Source: Octopus vulgaris (taxonomy: Eukaryota). From it: a stretch of DNA of 64,000 nucleotides. Location: contig OX597821.1 in the NCBI GenBank assembly GCA_951406725.2, positions 10,664,001 through 10,728,000 on the forward strand, read 5' to 3'. Within the stretch, counting starts at the first letter, position 1. Every line of letters begins with the position of its first letter. Of this stretch, positions 13,567-27,200 are shown in pieces. Under the pieces are notes generated by a model. It ran no database searches. It was not told the DNA's origin and saw nothing but the letters and a program-made list of their open reading frames with translations. The position numbers and the translations under genes are program-made.

Positions 13567-14586
13567 TATACAGTACAGCCATTTTTATTGAATCCTTCAT
13601 TATAGGTTGCATCCCGTTAGGTGTCTCGTTTCAAATAAGATACTTCGTTACATATACTGAGTTTCACTAGTCATGTTGCGGTCTTTCGTAGATTTTAGCT
13701 ATACAGTATACACATTGAATCTCATCTTAAACTGTTACAACTGCTAAATCCCTTTCAAAGAACTCAAGACTGCCTTATATCAAAGTGAAAATATTGGATC
13801 AGATCAGTGAAATAATGAGACGAAACCATTTTGTTTTATGAATAGTTGAAATTAATGATCGCATCTCTCTCACTGTCTTATCAAGAGGCCCTACGAATCA
13901 AAAGAGCAATAGCTGAGTGGGTGTTCTGAACAATGCATTTGTACATACTCCCATTTAAGAACGATTGTTATATATACAATACCTTTTTATTTAGAGGAAG
14001 CCTTGGGATAAAATGCAACATACCCAATGATTTAACTACAATTACATCCACCTCATTCTGATGTGCAATAGGTTACAAAGGCATCAGTAGTTAAGATTTT
14101 CCTCATCAATGAAAGGAAAAGGCTGCACATCAGTGAAGGTCTTCAATATGTAGTACAACGCATCTGTGTCGCATTGTGACCCATTCTGTGCACCCGAGAA
14201 ATAGGTGAGAAAGATTATAAAATCTCAAAAAGCAACCAGAACGCAAGCACATACAAACAAACATACACACACATAAACATTCAGAGACAGAAACACATAC
14301 TCTCACAACACACGCTGGAAAGGAAAGTGAGACAGAAGGGGACGGAGAACAATTCTTTCCAGGTATACTTTACTTATCGTCTACGCATATTTAAGACTCA
14401 AATTTCATCTCCATTGCTTCGAAATCAAGGTGAACAGATTCATTTTTTACGCACAAAGACAATCAAGCACCCAATTAGTTCACCTCCCATCTAGGTATAT
14501 ACATATATTTAGTTATATATGCGTATATAAATATATACCTATATTCTGTTGAAGAGCTAGGCTCGCAAGGTAAAAGGCTTTCTCAT

Positions 14587-15227
14587 AAGAGAAAACTACC
14601 TTTAATAGCGTCAAACTATTACACCTGTTTATTGTTTAAAGACCTTCCTTCGTTTTTTGTTTCTGTAAATTTCAACGTTATATATATATAAATGTGGTTT
14701 TGGTCGTTTTGACTGCTTCTTCTAGTGTGTAAAATATACCTATTAAAGGTAATTTTCTCTTGTGTTTAAATGTAAACTATATTATATTGAGAATATGTTT
14801 TCTTTTGACTTTTTATAAATACCAGGCCACTGGTGGTGAAATTTCTATAAATATTCGCCACCCTATAAAATTTTATGAATGTGATTTCAGCATTTCCAAC
14901 ATCGGTTCGGCATGCCTAATATTGCTACCGACTGAAACTGCGCTTGCGCTGTGAATTTTGAAAAATTATAACATATAATGATGAGACATGTGATATTTGT
15001 CTCTAAAATATGTTAATTGTTAAGGCACGGTTACTGATGAAGATTCGCCTACCAAGTTATTTCATTTGCTAAAAAAAATCGGAAACCTAGATATAACCGT
15101 AAAAATATAACAAGGTAAAATTTTTTATTTTTCCTTCTCTTCGATAATTGTTGTTAAATGTGCTTTTGGTCATTTTGACTATTTCTTCTAGCGCGCAAAA
15201 TTTACCTGTTAAAGGTAGTTTTCTCTT
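14587..15227 (+). mobile_element. Non-autonomous PLE/retrozyme-like element: ~466-bp unit, partial tandem repeat, short inverted terminus
   Basis: A ~70-bp direct repeat at 14691-14761 and 15157-15227; 14587-14608 is the reverse complement of its end; hammerhead inside the unit. Confidence 0.75.
15027..15100 (+). ncRNA. Type I hammerhead ribozyme motif
   Basis: Perfect 7-bp helix I ACGGTTA/TAACCGT; CTGATGA; helix II GATT/AATC; GAAA; helix III CCTAGA (one change from the palindrome CCTAGG); then TA. Confidence 0.8.
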
Positions 15228-15229
15228 TG

Positions 15230-15715
15230 CGTAATCTTCAAAAAAGGAAGTAAAGCAGCTGGAACTGCTTACAATATGAAAGAAACCTCTGGTGAGGAGA
15301 TGAGCAGTGAGTGGTCAGATCGGAAATGATTTAAACGATTTTGCAGTGGGGACCTGAGCGTTGAAGGTAGTGAGCGGAGTGAGCAGAACTTCAAGTTAGC
15401 CAGAAAATTGTCTGCAGTCATTTGTATGCCATCCTAAAACCATAGGAGATCAACTGGAAATTGTGGGAACTTGGCTACTAATTTCTTCACCACCCAGCTT
15501 AGTCTCCAAACCTTTCTCCTACCAACTACCACCTTTTCAATCACCTTCATGGTTTCATGAGAGAGAAGGAATTCAAATATCCAACCTATTTTGGAAGTGC
15601 GTTCAAAGAGTTCAGCAGCTCCCGAACCCCGGGAACTTATGTTACCAGCATATATAAACATGTTGAAATATATTGTGAAGTTTATTGTGAAGAATTTCAA
15701 GTTTCAAAACCGTTG
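15230..15715 (+). mobile_element. Mariner-family transposase relic with internal deletions
   Basis: Translates to FKKGSKAAGTAYNMKETSGEEMSSEWSDRK*FKRFCSGDLSVEGSERS (HTH region) and LLHHPA*SPNLSPTNYHLFNHL (YSPDL-type motif), with stops. Confidence 0.85.
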
Positions 15716-15729
15716 CTCACTTTCTAGTC

Positions 15730-15762
<33 letters not shown>

Positions 15763-15819
15763 TATGTATATATACATACATATATATATATATATATACA
15801 TGCATACGTATATATAAAT

Positions 15820-15865
<46 letters not shown>

Positions 15866-16434
15866 ACGTATGTTTGTATCTATGTATGTATGAATTATTA
15901 TATATGTGTTTATGTGTGCGTGTACCCATGTGTGTGAAAGATAGAAAAAGAGAGACCGCGCGAGAGTGGTGTGTGTCTTCTTGTGTCATATTCGATAAAA
16001 TAGTATTTTACATGCTGTTTTAGATACCGTACCGGAGTAAATGTGTCACGAACACGAAAATAAGCAAGTAAACATATTTAAATATAGTTGAAACACAAAT
16101 GTATCCATCACTAAAGAGATGTCTTGAAACGCAAACGTAAATCATCTACCGATATTTCAAGAATCAATGAACAAAGAAATAAAACGGAAAATATTTGAAT
16201 CCATTCGATCGTCGTTTTCTGATGCTGCAAATAAAATGGAAATAAAGAATTTTGTTTCAGATTACGCAAAAGCACAAAACTGCATGCAATGTATAGATTA
16301 TCCACGATGGACTATACTCTCAGTGCTGTATGCGTGAGTAATATACTAACGATGAGTATATAATGAAAACGGGCTAAAAGTACGTAAATGTAATATAATA
16401 TACAAACGCTGCTTGCGTGTGGCTTATACATACA

Positions 16435-16503
<69 letters not shown>

Positions 16504-17109
16504 TGTTTGTAAGTGTGTGTGTGTTTGTAGAAAGGACATTTTCTATTACATACTCTCAAAAGTGTACTACTGCAAAAGTAAATTTGTGAACTCGGAAGAT
16601 TAAGAAGTAAAATTTGACATGAGCGTTATTTGAACTCAAATACTATGAGATATTGGGCTGTAAGTTAACATGCTTTAAAGTGAACAAATAACTAATACTC
16701 ACACAATACTATACAGTCTTTTCTATCTGTTGGGTTGTGTAATTTATTTTCTTTCTACATATCGAAAGTGAAAGAAACATATTCTTTTTCTTAAAATATA
16801 TATATTTGAATGTTCTTTTTTCTATCCATTCATCTTGTAGTGATATTTTAAAAAATTCCTTTAGAATTCAACCCATTTTAAATTTCTCTGATGTCAGGTT
16901 ATATTTTTTCGGTTCAAATAATATATGGTTGATATTTTATACATTTATCTGTATCTAAATATGCGGGCACAGTGGAAACGATCGTTAATAATGTACGGTG
17001 TAATTACCTATTAAAGATGTAATTTTCTACATTTATGTTCTTGTTATGCATATGTAAATATATATGAAGTAATGATTTGATAATCGTATATACATTTGGT
17101 AGTAAGCTG

Positions 17110-17329
17110 TTTCAAGTCCAGCTCAGTGTCCGGGTACCAGATGTCAACAGCTGTATGGATATATATATCATGAATGAGAAATGTCATATAGCAAATTGCA
17201 GTGCCGGACTTCTTAATGCAGAACTACTACGATCGTTTCGACTTATCATGCGCCGGTAATTTACAGTATCCATGACAACCGTTTGTGCTGCATCTCACCT
17301 GTCTGGTACCGGTGCATTGCAGGTTGAAA
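17110..17329. other. ~220-bp imperfect fold-back hairpin
   Basis: Nested complementary blocks TTTCAA/TTGAAA, CCGG(G)TACCAGA/TCTGGTACCGG, ATGGATA/TATCCAT, AAATT..GCCGG/CCGGTAATTT. Confidence 0.65.
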
Positions 17330-18071
17330 TGATCGTAGGTATTTTGAACAGTCTTGTTAATCTCATATTTTTCTCACTCATATGTATATACATATAATTA
17401 CATACACATGTGTGTGTATAAGTGCTTGTGTAGTTGTGTGTGTGCGTGTGGTTATGTGTATGGGTGTCAGTTCAATACTTAATGCTAATCCGCAGGTTAT
17501 GGTGTTGCTCAAACTGCTGGATATTCATACATTGAAACCGAATGTATTGTTTATCACATACATATTATATAAACCTATAATACCCCTTAATCTCTTACGA
17601 ATATTGTATGAAATATTACGGGTGCTGAATCCTTAATCTATATCTGGGTCCTGTTTTTGTTTGTAGTTGTTTTTTGCAAACAAGTATCACAAGCGCAGAA
17701 ATATTGCATTATTTCCTTATTTTCCCGTATACTTCTATTTCCCTATATCTCTCTGTAAAAGATCATCTGCCACCAATTTCTTCCTTCATCTAGTACCTTA
17801 ATTTACTTTAGAGAATAAGCGACGTTTAGTGAATATGAAAGAGAATACATCATGAGAAAATTTTAGAAGATTGACAGATTGTGTTTGTAGTGAGATTAAT
17901 AGATTTGTTGAGCAGGTAAAAATACATTGAGACCCCTTTCCTATTCTCACAGAAATTTCAGTTCTAATGAAATGAATGTGAATAAATATAAGGGTATTAA
18001 TATGCTCTCTTTGCCTTTTTAATTTCAGTGGCGTCGTAAAAGTATACACATCACAATACAGATTTTCAGGT

Positions 18072-18108
<37 letters not shown>

Positions 18109-18120
18109 ATATATATATAA

Positions 18121-18167
<47 letters not shown>

Positions 18168-18233
18168 TGTATAATATATATATAAATATATAATATATAT
18201 AAATATGTAATATATATATATAATATATATATG

Positions 18234-18288
<55 letters not shown>

Positions 18289-18759
18289 GTGTACTATATA
18301 TACTATATATATATATATAGGGAGAAAGAGATAGAGAAAGAGAGACATATTATTATCGATTGCATGAGATGTTCACTGTGTATACTTTTCAAGTTGGCTT
18401 AAATATTCTATTGTATAATTAGAGCGGTCGTAAGAAGTATTTCATATATTCTTTTCAGCTCTTAATTTTTGTGTTCAGAAAACCTCCTGAGTATCAGCTA
18501 CTCCGATTCTTTCCACATTTCTAATTCAGTAATTAATAAATCTCCTAGACTTCAGAATTGTTAGCCTGCAAGGCAAGTGAAACATTAGATTCTTAAGTGG
18601 AATGACTTGCAGCATTCTCTTGCCTCTCTGTATGATCTGTTTAGGCATCCTGTCAACTTTATTTTGCTAACCAAGTTAGTCATCAGGGGAATCGACAACT
18701 TTCATTTCCCTCAAAATTGCTGCGTATGTGCCTTGATGACAAATCATTATTTTGCTTAT

Positions 18760-18960
18760 AAAGTCGCTGAGCGAGATAAAAATTACGCTAGAGATAAAAA
18801 TATCTAGCGTAATTATTTTCAGTTCATTTGGTTCTAATATTAAACCTTTCTGAGATCAACCGAACATTCTGTTTCCCGAGGCCGATGAAATAACGAGTGA
18901 AGGAAACGTTGAGGACAATTTTTTTCACTAGATTCTTCCACGAAAGTTTCACACTCTAGA
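18760..18960 (+). mobile_element. Ancient, heavily decayed SINE relic
   Basis: Patchy similarity (GAGGCCGATGAAATAA) to the GGGTCGATAAAATTAGTAC-type core also seen at 41530-41710 and 40185-40375. Confidence 0.4.
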
Positions 18961-20949
18961 CATTTAGAATCATTTCTCTGTTAGTATTGTCTATTTTCGT
19001 TCAACTCCTAAACTTTTAACTATCACGATGTATTTTTTATAATGTATAGCAGTAGTAGAAATATAAAAATGCATTGCTTAATCATTTATTTCTCAATTTA
19101 TAAATTGTTAATAGAAATGTTTCTGTTACAGGAATTACTCTTATTAATGAGGTGCAAATGTTGTCAAATATCTCACACTTCTTAACAAAAGTAACACACA
19201 ATTTGCAATGTATAAACGCATAACAGACAAAGAACTGACATTTTAACAGCTTGGTGAGGGAACATATTTCTTGGGAAATATTGTTTAATTAACGTAATAC
19301 GATGGGCATATATGTGGCCTGTATGATTTCTATTATATAAATTATTGTCAAGTCCAAAAGTGAAATTGTAATATAAAATTTTTCACAAGAGACATTAAAT
19401 TCCTCATCGATATTATAAATTATATAAAGTGAAAATGTTTCATTAAATCAACAGCTGTATATTCTAGTATGATACTAAACAAAGCGAAAGCTATTTGGAA
19501 CCTCATGCATTCAATACTAGCTAGAAAACGATACCTGACTAGATAAATGTATTTCTTCGTTATGGTTCCTAAAAATTAATTGCTAATACATTTTAAAATT
19601 TACTGCTCCGCTTAATTTGAAATCTTCAAAGGAAATACACGATTTAAATTCTATACAACAGTAAACAATATATTATGTAATATATATCAGAAAGGAACTA
19701 TAAACACTAATAAAACTAACATACATTTTCGAACTCGTGTATATTTTATCTCCCCAACAGACTTAATTAAACTTTAATCGTCTTACATTTTCCTACCAAC
19801 TTCAATGTTGTGAGCGCTCACTCACATCAGGTGTGAAATGTAGTAATTACTTTTAAAACAAGTAATCTAATTTAATTAACTTCTAGAACATAGGTCTAAT
19901 TTTATTTTAAAATATTCATTTTATTCAGTCATCACAGTTCAATTATTTAGTTTCGAAAATTATTTAAGTTTGCTAAGACATTTTCCGAACTACACATGTT
20001 ATATAACGCAATGTTCTCTTCTATGTATATCAATCGGTCCTCTATAGATCGGTAAGAATATGTCTGTATCGCAATAGAAACAAAACAACGAAACAACTCT
20101 TATACACACACTTGAGAGAACCAAAATTTACAAGTATACAATCGTGGAAAATTGATACACAAAGCCGCTAAGCAAGAATAACAGGAAGAATATATTTCTA
20201 CCTCGAAGATAAAAATTAGAAAATAGAAACTGGAAGGAGACATCATTATGAAAAAAGCTGTTGCGAAATGACTAAAATAGCTAAAATCTTGGTACAAAAA
20301 ATTGCATTGAAAAACAATGGCAATAAAAGCCAATTCTTGCCAAGAGCTTCAAGATTTGAACAGAATTGAAGCATCAAAATGACAGGATGCGTGGAAATAA
20401 TGACTGAAAATTATAGATTCATAACTGAGATATCGACCAAGCAAAGAACCAGATATGAATAACAGCATGATATTTTGATGGAAATAAATTACATTGCCTC
20501 TATGTAGTTCAAATGTAGCTGAAGAAGAGCTCACACGCAGTAGTGTGGCAGTGTTGATATTTACTACGGCATTGTAAGTACTATGGAATACCAAAAACAA
20601 AGATATAAGATACTGTGCATTTAAGAGAATCGAAAATAATCCAAATTCTGGAATAAGCTATTAAACTCGAACTCGGATATCAAGGATAAAACACCGTTCT
20701 GTGCCAGAAGAAAAAGAAATGTGGTATATATTTCCTTTATGAATACCTGGGTTATTGCTAATGCAATGAATACATAGGTTTTGTAATATCATGTGAGGAT
20801 TGAGTAGATTTTAAAAAAATTAAGAAGTATCAGAACTTGGCGACTGAGATGAGACAGGAATTTAGCGTTTTAAAGAGAATTCACAACAAACCGCATGGCA
20901 ATATCCCTGGCAACTAAAGCAAAATTTAACGTCATTATGATAAAGATAA

Positions 20950-21079
20950 ATAAAATGACAACAACAACGGCGATGCTAATAATGATAAAAATAATAATAA
21001 TAATAATAATAATAATAGTAGTAGTAATCATAATAATAATAATAATTATTATTATTATTATTATTATCATGATAATAAG

Positions 21080-21115
<36 letters not shown>

Positions 21116-21140
21116 AATAATGATAATAATAATGATGATG

Positions 21141-21201
<61 letters not shown>

Positions 21202-21203
21202 TA
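20950..21203. repeat. Compound (TAA)n/(CAA)n/(TGA)n microsatellite
   Basis: Directly visible; lies just upstream of the Dong/R4-type LINE relic. Confidence 0.9.
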
Positions 21204-21339
21204 TGAAGATAGCCAAAGAAATAAGAAGGGTCTAAGTATGGCTTGGATCGATTATCGAAAGGATTTTGATAGCGTTCCCTACTTACGGATCCTAGAAACC
21301 CTAGCGATAAACAAAGTAGCAGCAATAATCATAAAATAT

Positions 21340-22915
21340 ATAAAACTTTCCGTGAATAAATGGTAAAGTCTGCTGCAGATACAGACGACAGAATGATTTA
21401 TAAAAAAACAAAGCCATCTCCATTTGAAGAGGAATATTCTAGGGTGACATGCTTTTTCAACTCATTTTCTGCTTGGCACTGACACCTTTATCTAAGATGC
21501 TAAACACATCTGGATGTGGTTACATCTGTTACGGCAAAAGAATCAACCATATCTTGTATATGGATGATTTAAAAGTGTATGCTACAAATGATAAACAGCT
21601 GGAAACTTTACGACATACAATACATGGATTTACTAAAGAGATAAATATGAAATTCGGCTTAGAAAATGCGGCAACGGAACCTTGAGAAGAGGAAAACTAG
21701 TTAAGAGTAACAACATCACATTGGATAAAGCAAGGGAAATAAGAGAATTGGGCCAAAGCCAGACATGCAAATACTTAGAAAGCAATTAACTACATACGAT
21801 GCAACATTCACAAATGAAAGGCAAATTAAGGAAGGAATACTATAGGTGAGTTACATTAGTACTAAAAACAGAGCTCAATGCGAATAACAGATAAGTTTCA
21901 ACACTCTAGCCTTCCCAGTTGTAATTTACAGCTAAAATTGTTTAACTGGAATCTAAATAAACAAGAAAGCAAGCAAAATAATGACAGGATTTAGGATGCA
22001 CCACCCAAATTCAGATATAGAAATGTTATACAAAGGTGGTAGAGGCGTTATACAGCTAGGAAAATATTAAACATTACTACTACTATATTATTGCAGAAAT
22101 ACATACATATGAAGCCAGGTAAACTGACACAAATAACCACAAAACACGAATAAAACAAAACAAAAATGTTCTCAGTTTTTAAGAAGAAGACAAATAAACA
22201 AATAAAGGTCATAGTATCTAACAAGAAAAACTTGAAGTAACAAAAGCTGTAAATCAACTGAAATGCAAACTAAGCAATAACAGCAATGGATCATGATGAA
22301 ACGATGGTAATAAAAACCCGTATATGGCAAATATTGGGTTAAGATAAACGGAAAAGAAATAGACAAAGCAAAATCTTAAAGATGTTGAGAAGTCTCAGGA
22401 TTCAAAGTAGAGACTGAAGGTTGTTTAATTGCAGCGTTCCCACCAGAAATCACCATAAACATTATGAAAATCAATAAAATTACTGCAGGATATGTAGTGA
22501 TGGAGAAGAAACAATATGTCGCATTATCTCTGACTGCCCAGTGGCGGCTAAGAAGTGATATATTCACAGAAATGATAGAATTGGGACCTATATACGCTAA
22601 CACTATGGAATAACAACAGGAAATATATGGTATGGACACATGCCAGAAAAGATCACAGAAAAATGAGAATGCAACCATACTCTTGGATATGATAATACAC
22701 ACAGATAGAGAAATCAGGTGTCATTGGACGGATATAGTTGTCAGAGATCACCCAGAAAAAATGCTTTTTACTCGATGTATCAATGTCCACAGATTACAGC
22801 GTTTCTCTAAAAGAAACGGAGAAACTTTCAAAATACAAACATTTGGAAATAGTGGTAACTCGAATGTGGCGCCTAAAAACAGAAACAATTTCAATTATAG
22901 AAGATGCATTAGGTA
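21340..22915 (+). mobile_element. Dong/R4-clade non-LTR retrotransposon relic (RT plus RLE endonuclease), 5'-truncated pseudogene
   Basis: RGIF*GDMLFQLIFCLALTPLS, INHILYMDDLKVYA and MKFGLE RT motifs; C-terminal TDREIRCHWTDIVVRDH...CFLLDVS...EKLSKYKHLEIVVTRMWRLKT RLE region; many stops and frameshifts. Confidence 0.9.
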
Positions 22916-25900
22916 TATATAATTAACAGCCATATATTGCTTAATTACAAATAAAAGATGCCATTGGAAAATGATACAGGAGCAAATTAGTTTTCCTGCC
23001 GTATCTAACATTAAAACATCGACTCACTTAAATTCCTTTTTGAAGGAGAAATAAGGAGCAACTGAGGAAGTTTAAATTAGATGTTTACTGATAATCAGTC
23101 TCTTTTTACCATTATAGCCGCAATATTAGCTGTGCTGAAAAGACTAATCATCAAATGCGTTCCAACCGTGAACAATTTAACTTGCAAATCTTTTGACCGT
23201 GTTCAGCTTTGCTCTATAGCTTAACATTTCTACTGGTAATAATGTTTTTACGCTTGATGGTTATATTACTATATTTTATTATTATCATTATACTGGAATG
23301 TTTTGTTTGTAAGTAGCTGCTCTTCGGCTACTACTATATTTCTACTAAAATATTCTATGTTGCCTTCTTTTAAATTTGTAGAGGATTCTAAATTACGTCT
23401 TTCTACTCAACAGTAGTAGGTGTTGACTGGTGTGTATGACTATTTACTGGAAATGACGGCCAAAGTTAGTATCTAATACAGTTGGCCACAATATTTTCTC
23501 CTTACAGATCAGCCGTCTTATATAGTCATGCGAGAAGCAGAAAGCCTGCTGTCCGTTAGATACTCATGCTGCACATTCCGGAATGCTCGCAGTATCATCT
23601 TGCTCGTTTTTAACCACTGTACTAAAGACGCCATAAAATGAGCAACTGATACTAAATGGTAGTCAAAGCAACCATGCAAGTGAGTACCTTCGACTAGAGA
23701 AAGCCACATACTTGTTGGGCATTACACCATTTGTAACTAAGGTCCAAAGGAATAGCAGTTTTAGGTGGCCACATCGGCATTTATTCATCTGGGTATCGGT
23801 GAAACCTAACACAAATCAGATGAAAATAAATCCCTTACTTATATATATAGCCTCGCAAGTCTTGCCATATTCTGTCTCAGGCTTGAGGCCCTTTATAAGA
23901 GTCATTATCCTTGTATCCTAGAAAATATTAGTTGCTTTGTGCATTCTTGTCAGTGTTGTAATAACTCATGACTGTTTGAGTTGTTCAAGATTCTCTTGAT
24001 ATTGTATCTTCCAGGTATCATTCCCTAGCGCTCTACAACTAAGAGATGCGTCTCAGCATGAAATTAGTGCAAACAACATTGACCACACTTCAAACTTTTT
24101 GAGATCGCCATCTTCACGAACACGTACAAAGAAGCATATTCATTAACTGACCTATACAGTATATAGCCTTTGAATGACACTATCACAAGTTGTGTTCATC
24201 TTCCTGAAGAACGTCTTGATTTTTTCGTCCCTTACTTTACCATGTAGAACTGAAGGGATCCTGATGACAATGCAACGAAGAGTATGAACATTTCCTGATA
24301 TTCCATGCATTTTGGATAGCTTCCTCCACATAGTGCAGCTGATGTGTTGTAAACCCACTGACACGGTGAGTGCATTTCGGCGTATTGAAATCGGGTGGTT
24401 GTTGTCTAGGAGGCGTTTTTTGATTAAGGAAAATTTGAAAATCGGCAAGGCCTATTCGGAATTTCTGATATAGCGTTTCTTTACATATACCGTTTCTTTT
24501 AATATATATTTCATTTCTATATCTTTCACTTTAATTTTTCCTTTTCTGCTAGCATCACGATTTTGTTTACTTACTCACATTTTCTGAAACTCCAGTTAGA
24601 AACTAAATATTCTACTAAACTAAACAGCTTGCTCCTTTCTGTTATTTAGAAATTTGTATTTAAAATGATATTCCTAAATTAATGCAGCGATAGCTAATAA
24701 TAGGAGAAATCTTTGTTTGTGATTTTAGTTTTGAAATTGGAACCACAAGTTTTAGTTTACGAATGGATTAAAATGAAGTCTTAAACTTGCACAAATTATG
24801 CAACAAGTGGACACGGAAAGCAACGAGAGAAAATAAGGGTAAATAGTATGCCACAAAAAAAAAAGAAAGAATGCAAGTAAGATAAGGTAAGAAATAGAGA
24901 AAGATAGTAAAGAACTGCAAAATTGGGGATAATATTAGAGTAGTAGAGAGAGTAACGTCAAAAATAGATAACATATTTATTTTTAAAAAGCTGTAAAGGA
25001 CAAGGAAAACATATCAGACAATATCTGAAGGAGTATCAGGAAAAGAAAGTAAAAGTAAAACAGAGACCCGACTCCGTGGATCTACCAAAGGAGTTTATTT
25101 CTACATACAGAAGAAAGACGGAAGTGATACATTTCCCAAACACATTCGTATTGTTTCAAATGTATGATTAATATTTACCACACTTTAAACGTCATCAGTT
25201 TTTATATGCATGCTTTATTTACATTATTTACAATTGAAGAAGCAGTACTAAACTGTCGCAACTTTGCGACAAGCATCAAGCGCATTCCATATTTGGGCAT
25301 TGGAGATAGCCATAAAGATAACAAAAGCTAAGGGAGATGAACTAAGGTAGAAATTGGGACAGGTAGTAGAAAAAGCGAAGCTTCCCAAACCAAACATCAC
25401 TAAGGAAGAAACTTTCGCTATCAAAAGTCTACACTGTCACTACAGAATGGCAATTCCATCATAATACTTCCAGCAGACAAGGGAATTGCTGCAGCGGTGA
25501 TGAACAAGTCTGACTACTCGGAAAAACTGGCAAGTCTTACAAGTGATGTTAGCTACAGCAAAGTAAAGAAAGACCCTACTTTGAAAACAGAGAGGAAGTT
25601 GTCCCAGATCTTGATCAAGAACAAGGATCACTTTACACTAATGAAGTACAGACAACTGACTCAACAGTACAGTAAACTACCACACATGTACGGTCTTCCT
25701 GTGATTCACAAGGATGGTATTCCGTTCAGAACTATAGTGAGCTGAAGAGGTTCAGCTTGTCATCCACTGAGCCGCTTCCTTGTGGATATAATCAGTCCAT
25801 TAGCGGGAAAGTCAACATCGTACGTGAAGAATTCCACCCATTGAATCCAACCAGATGGTGAGTTCAGATGTGATAAGTCTGTTCACCAAAGTCCCAACTT

Positions 25901-27029
25901 GTGAAACACTATCCGTGATTCAAGAAAAAATAGTGACAGACACCCATCTAAAAGAACGCACTAGTATACCAATCAGAAACTTGATGGAAATGTTGAAATT
26001 CTGTGTAGAAACTACCTACTTCAGTATGGACGCTAATATATATCGATAGTAAGAGGGTATATCTATGGGTTCACTATTATCACCGATAATAGCCAATATA
26101 TACATGGAAAACTTAGAGAATTGGGCTTTAGGATCAATAGCACTAAAACCAACCCTATGGCTGCAATATGTTGATGACACCTTCATACTCGGCCTCGCCA
26201 GGAAGATGTCTAAATGTTGTTAGATCATGTGAACTCAATAACGACATCCACGCAGTTCACAATGGAAAAAAGAAAAAGACAATCAGCTTACATTCCTGGA
26301 CGTATTAATAACACGCGCCAAGTATAGACTCAGGACATCCGTAGACCGCAAGCCGACCTTCACTGGACGAGGCCTCAGTTTCAACTCCCACCATCCATAC
26401 AGTGCAAAGATAGAGATTGCTCAGTGCCTAAAACATCGAACAATGAATATAAGTAGCGATCGTGATATCCACCACGAAGAAATCATCAAGCTTAGTAACA
26501 ATCTATTAAGCGACAACTACCCCAAAAGCATACTCTCCACTCCAGTTATGAAGAAAAGAGAGGATGAAACCAATAAACTCTCCACAGTCTGTTTGCCCTA
26601 TATGAAAGGCCTCTCCGAAAGGATACAAAAGATTTGTGGCCCATATGACATCAGGACTATATACAAATGTAATACAACACTTCGCAAATATCTCCTTCAA
26701 GTAAAACCACTAATAGAAGGGAATATGCCTAAGAACTGCATGTACTCTATCCCATGCAGCTGTAAGATGTGGAGATATTCATAAATCGGGTATAGCGATC
26801 ATGTATGGAAAAATGGAGTCTACCTGCCCCTCTGGGATGAAGTTAAAATGATAGACAGAGAACATCACTGGAAAATACGAAAACTAAAAGAACCAGCACG
26901 TATACTAGGACACAACAACCTCCTAAGCAGACGAAGTGCAGATACGCGCAGCATATGGGAACCGGTATTGAAGAAGGATAGGAGAATATTAGATTTATAA
27001 GCCCTAAAATTCACTCCCTAATTGCCCAC

Positions 27030-27100
27030 GGGCATATGGCGTATTGGTTAAGAACTCGGGTTGCTAACCCCAAGATCTGAGTTCGATTCTAGGCAGTGAC
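27030..27100 (+). promoter_or_regulatory. tRNA-like segment with Pol III A and B boxes inside the PLE 3' region
   Basis: GGGCATATGGCGTATTGG (A box), anticodon-like stem-loop CGGG-TTGCTAA-CCCC, GAGTTCGATTC (B box); starts about 30 nt after the apparent ORF stop at 26998-27000. Confidence 0.75.
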
Positions 27101-27152
27101 GTGAACAATAACAATACCTTGGGAATGAGAACCCAGGTTCGAAATTCTCCAA

Positions 27153-27200
27153 GACACCTGATGAAAGCTGGAGGGAATATAGCAGCCGAAACGGTGTGTT
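27153..27200 (+). ncRNA. Minimal type I hammerhead of the PLE pseudo-LTR (this copy probably mutated)
   Basis: GACAC-CTGATGA-AAGCTG...CAGCC-GAAA-CGGT-GTGTT; helix I GACAC/GTGTT, helix II GCTG/CAGC. The position expected to be U16.1 is G. Confidence 0.75.

Noticed and set aside
23930-24450. Possible minus-strand RLE-LINE 3' fragments
   Set aside because: Only a weak ALGMI-like motif; too decayed to call without a search.
27030-27100. Functional tRNA-Ser gene
   Set aside because: The acceptor and anticodon stems are imperfect, there is no long variable arm or oligo-T terminator, and it is embedded in a repeat; treated as a tRNA-derived module.
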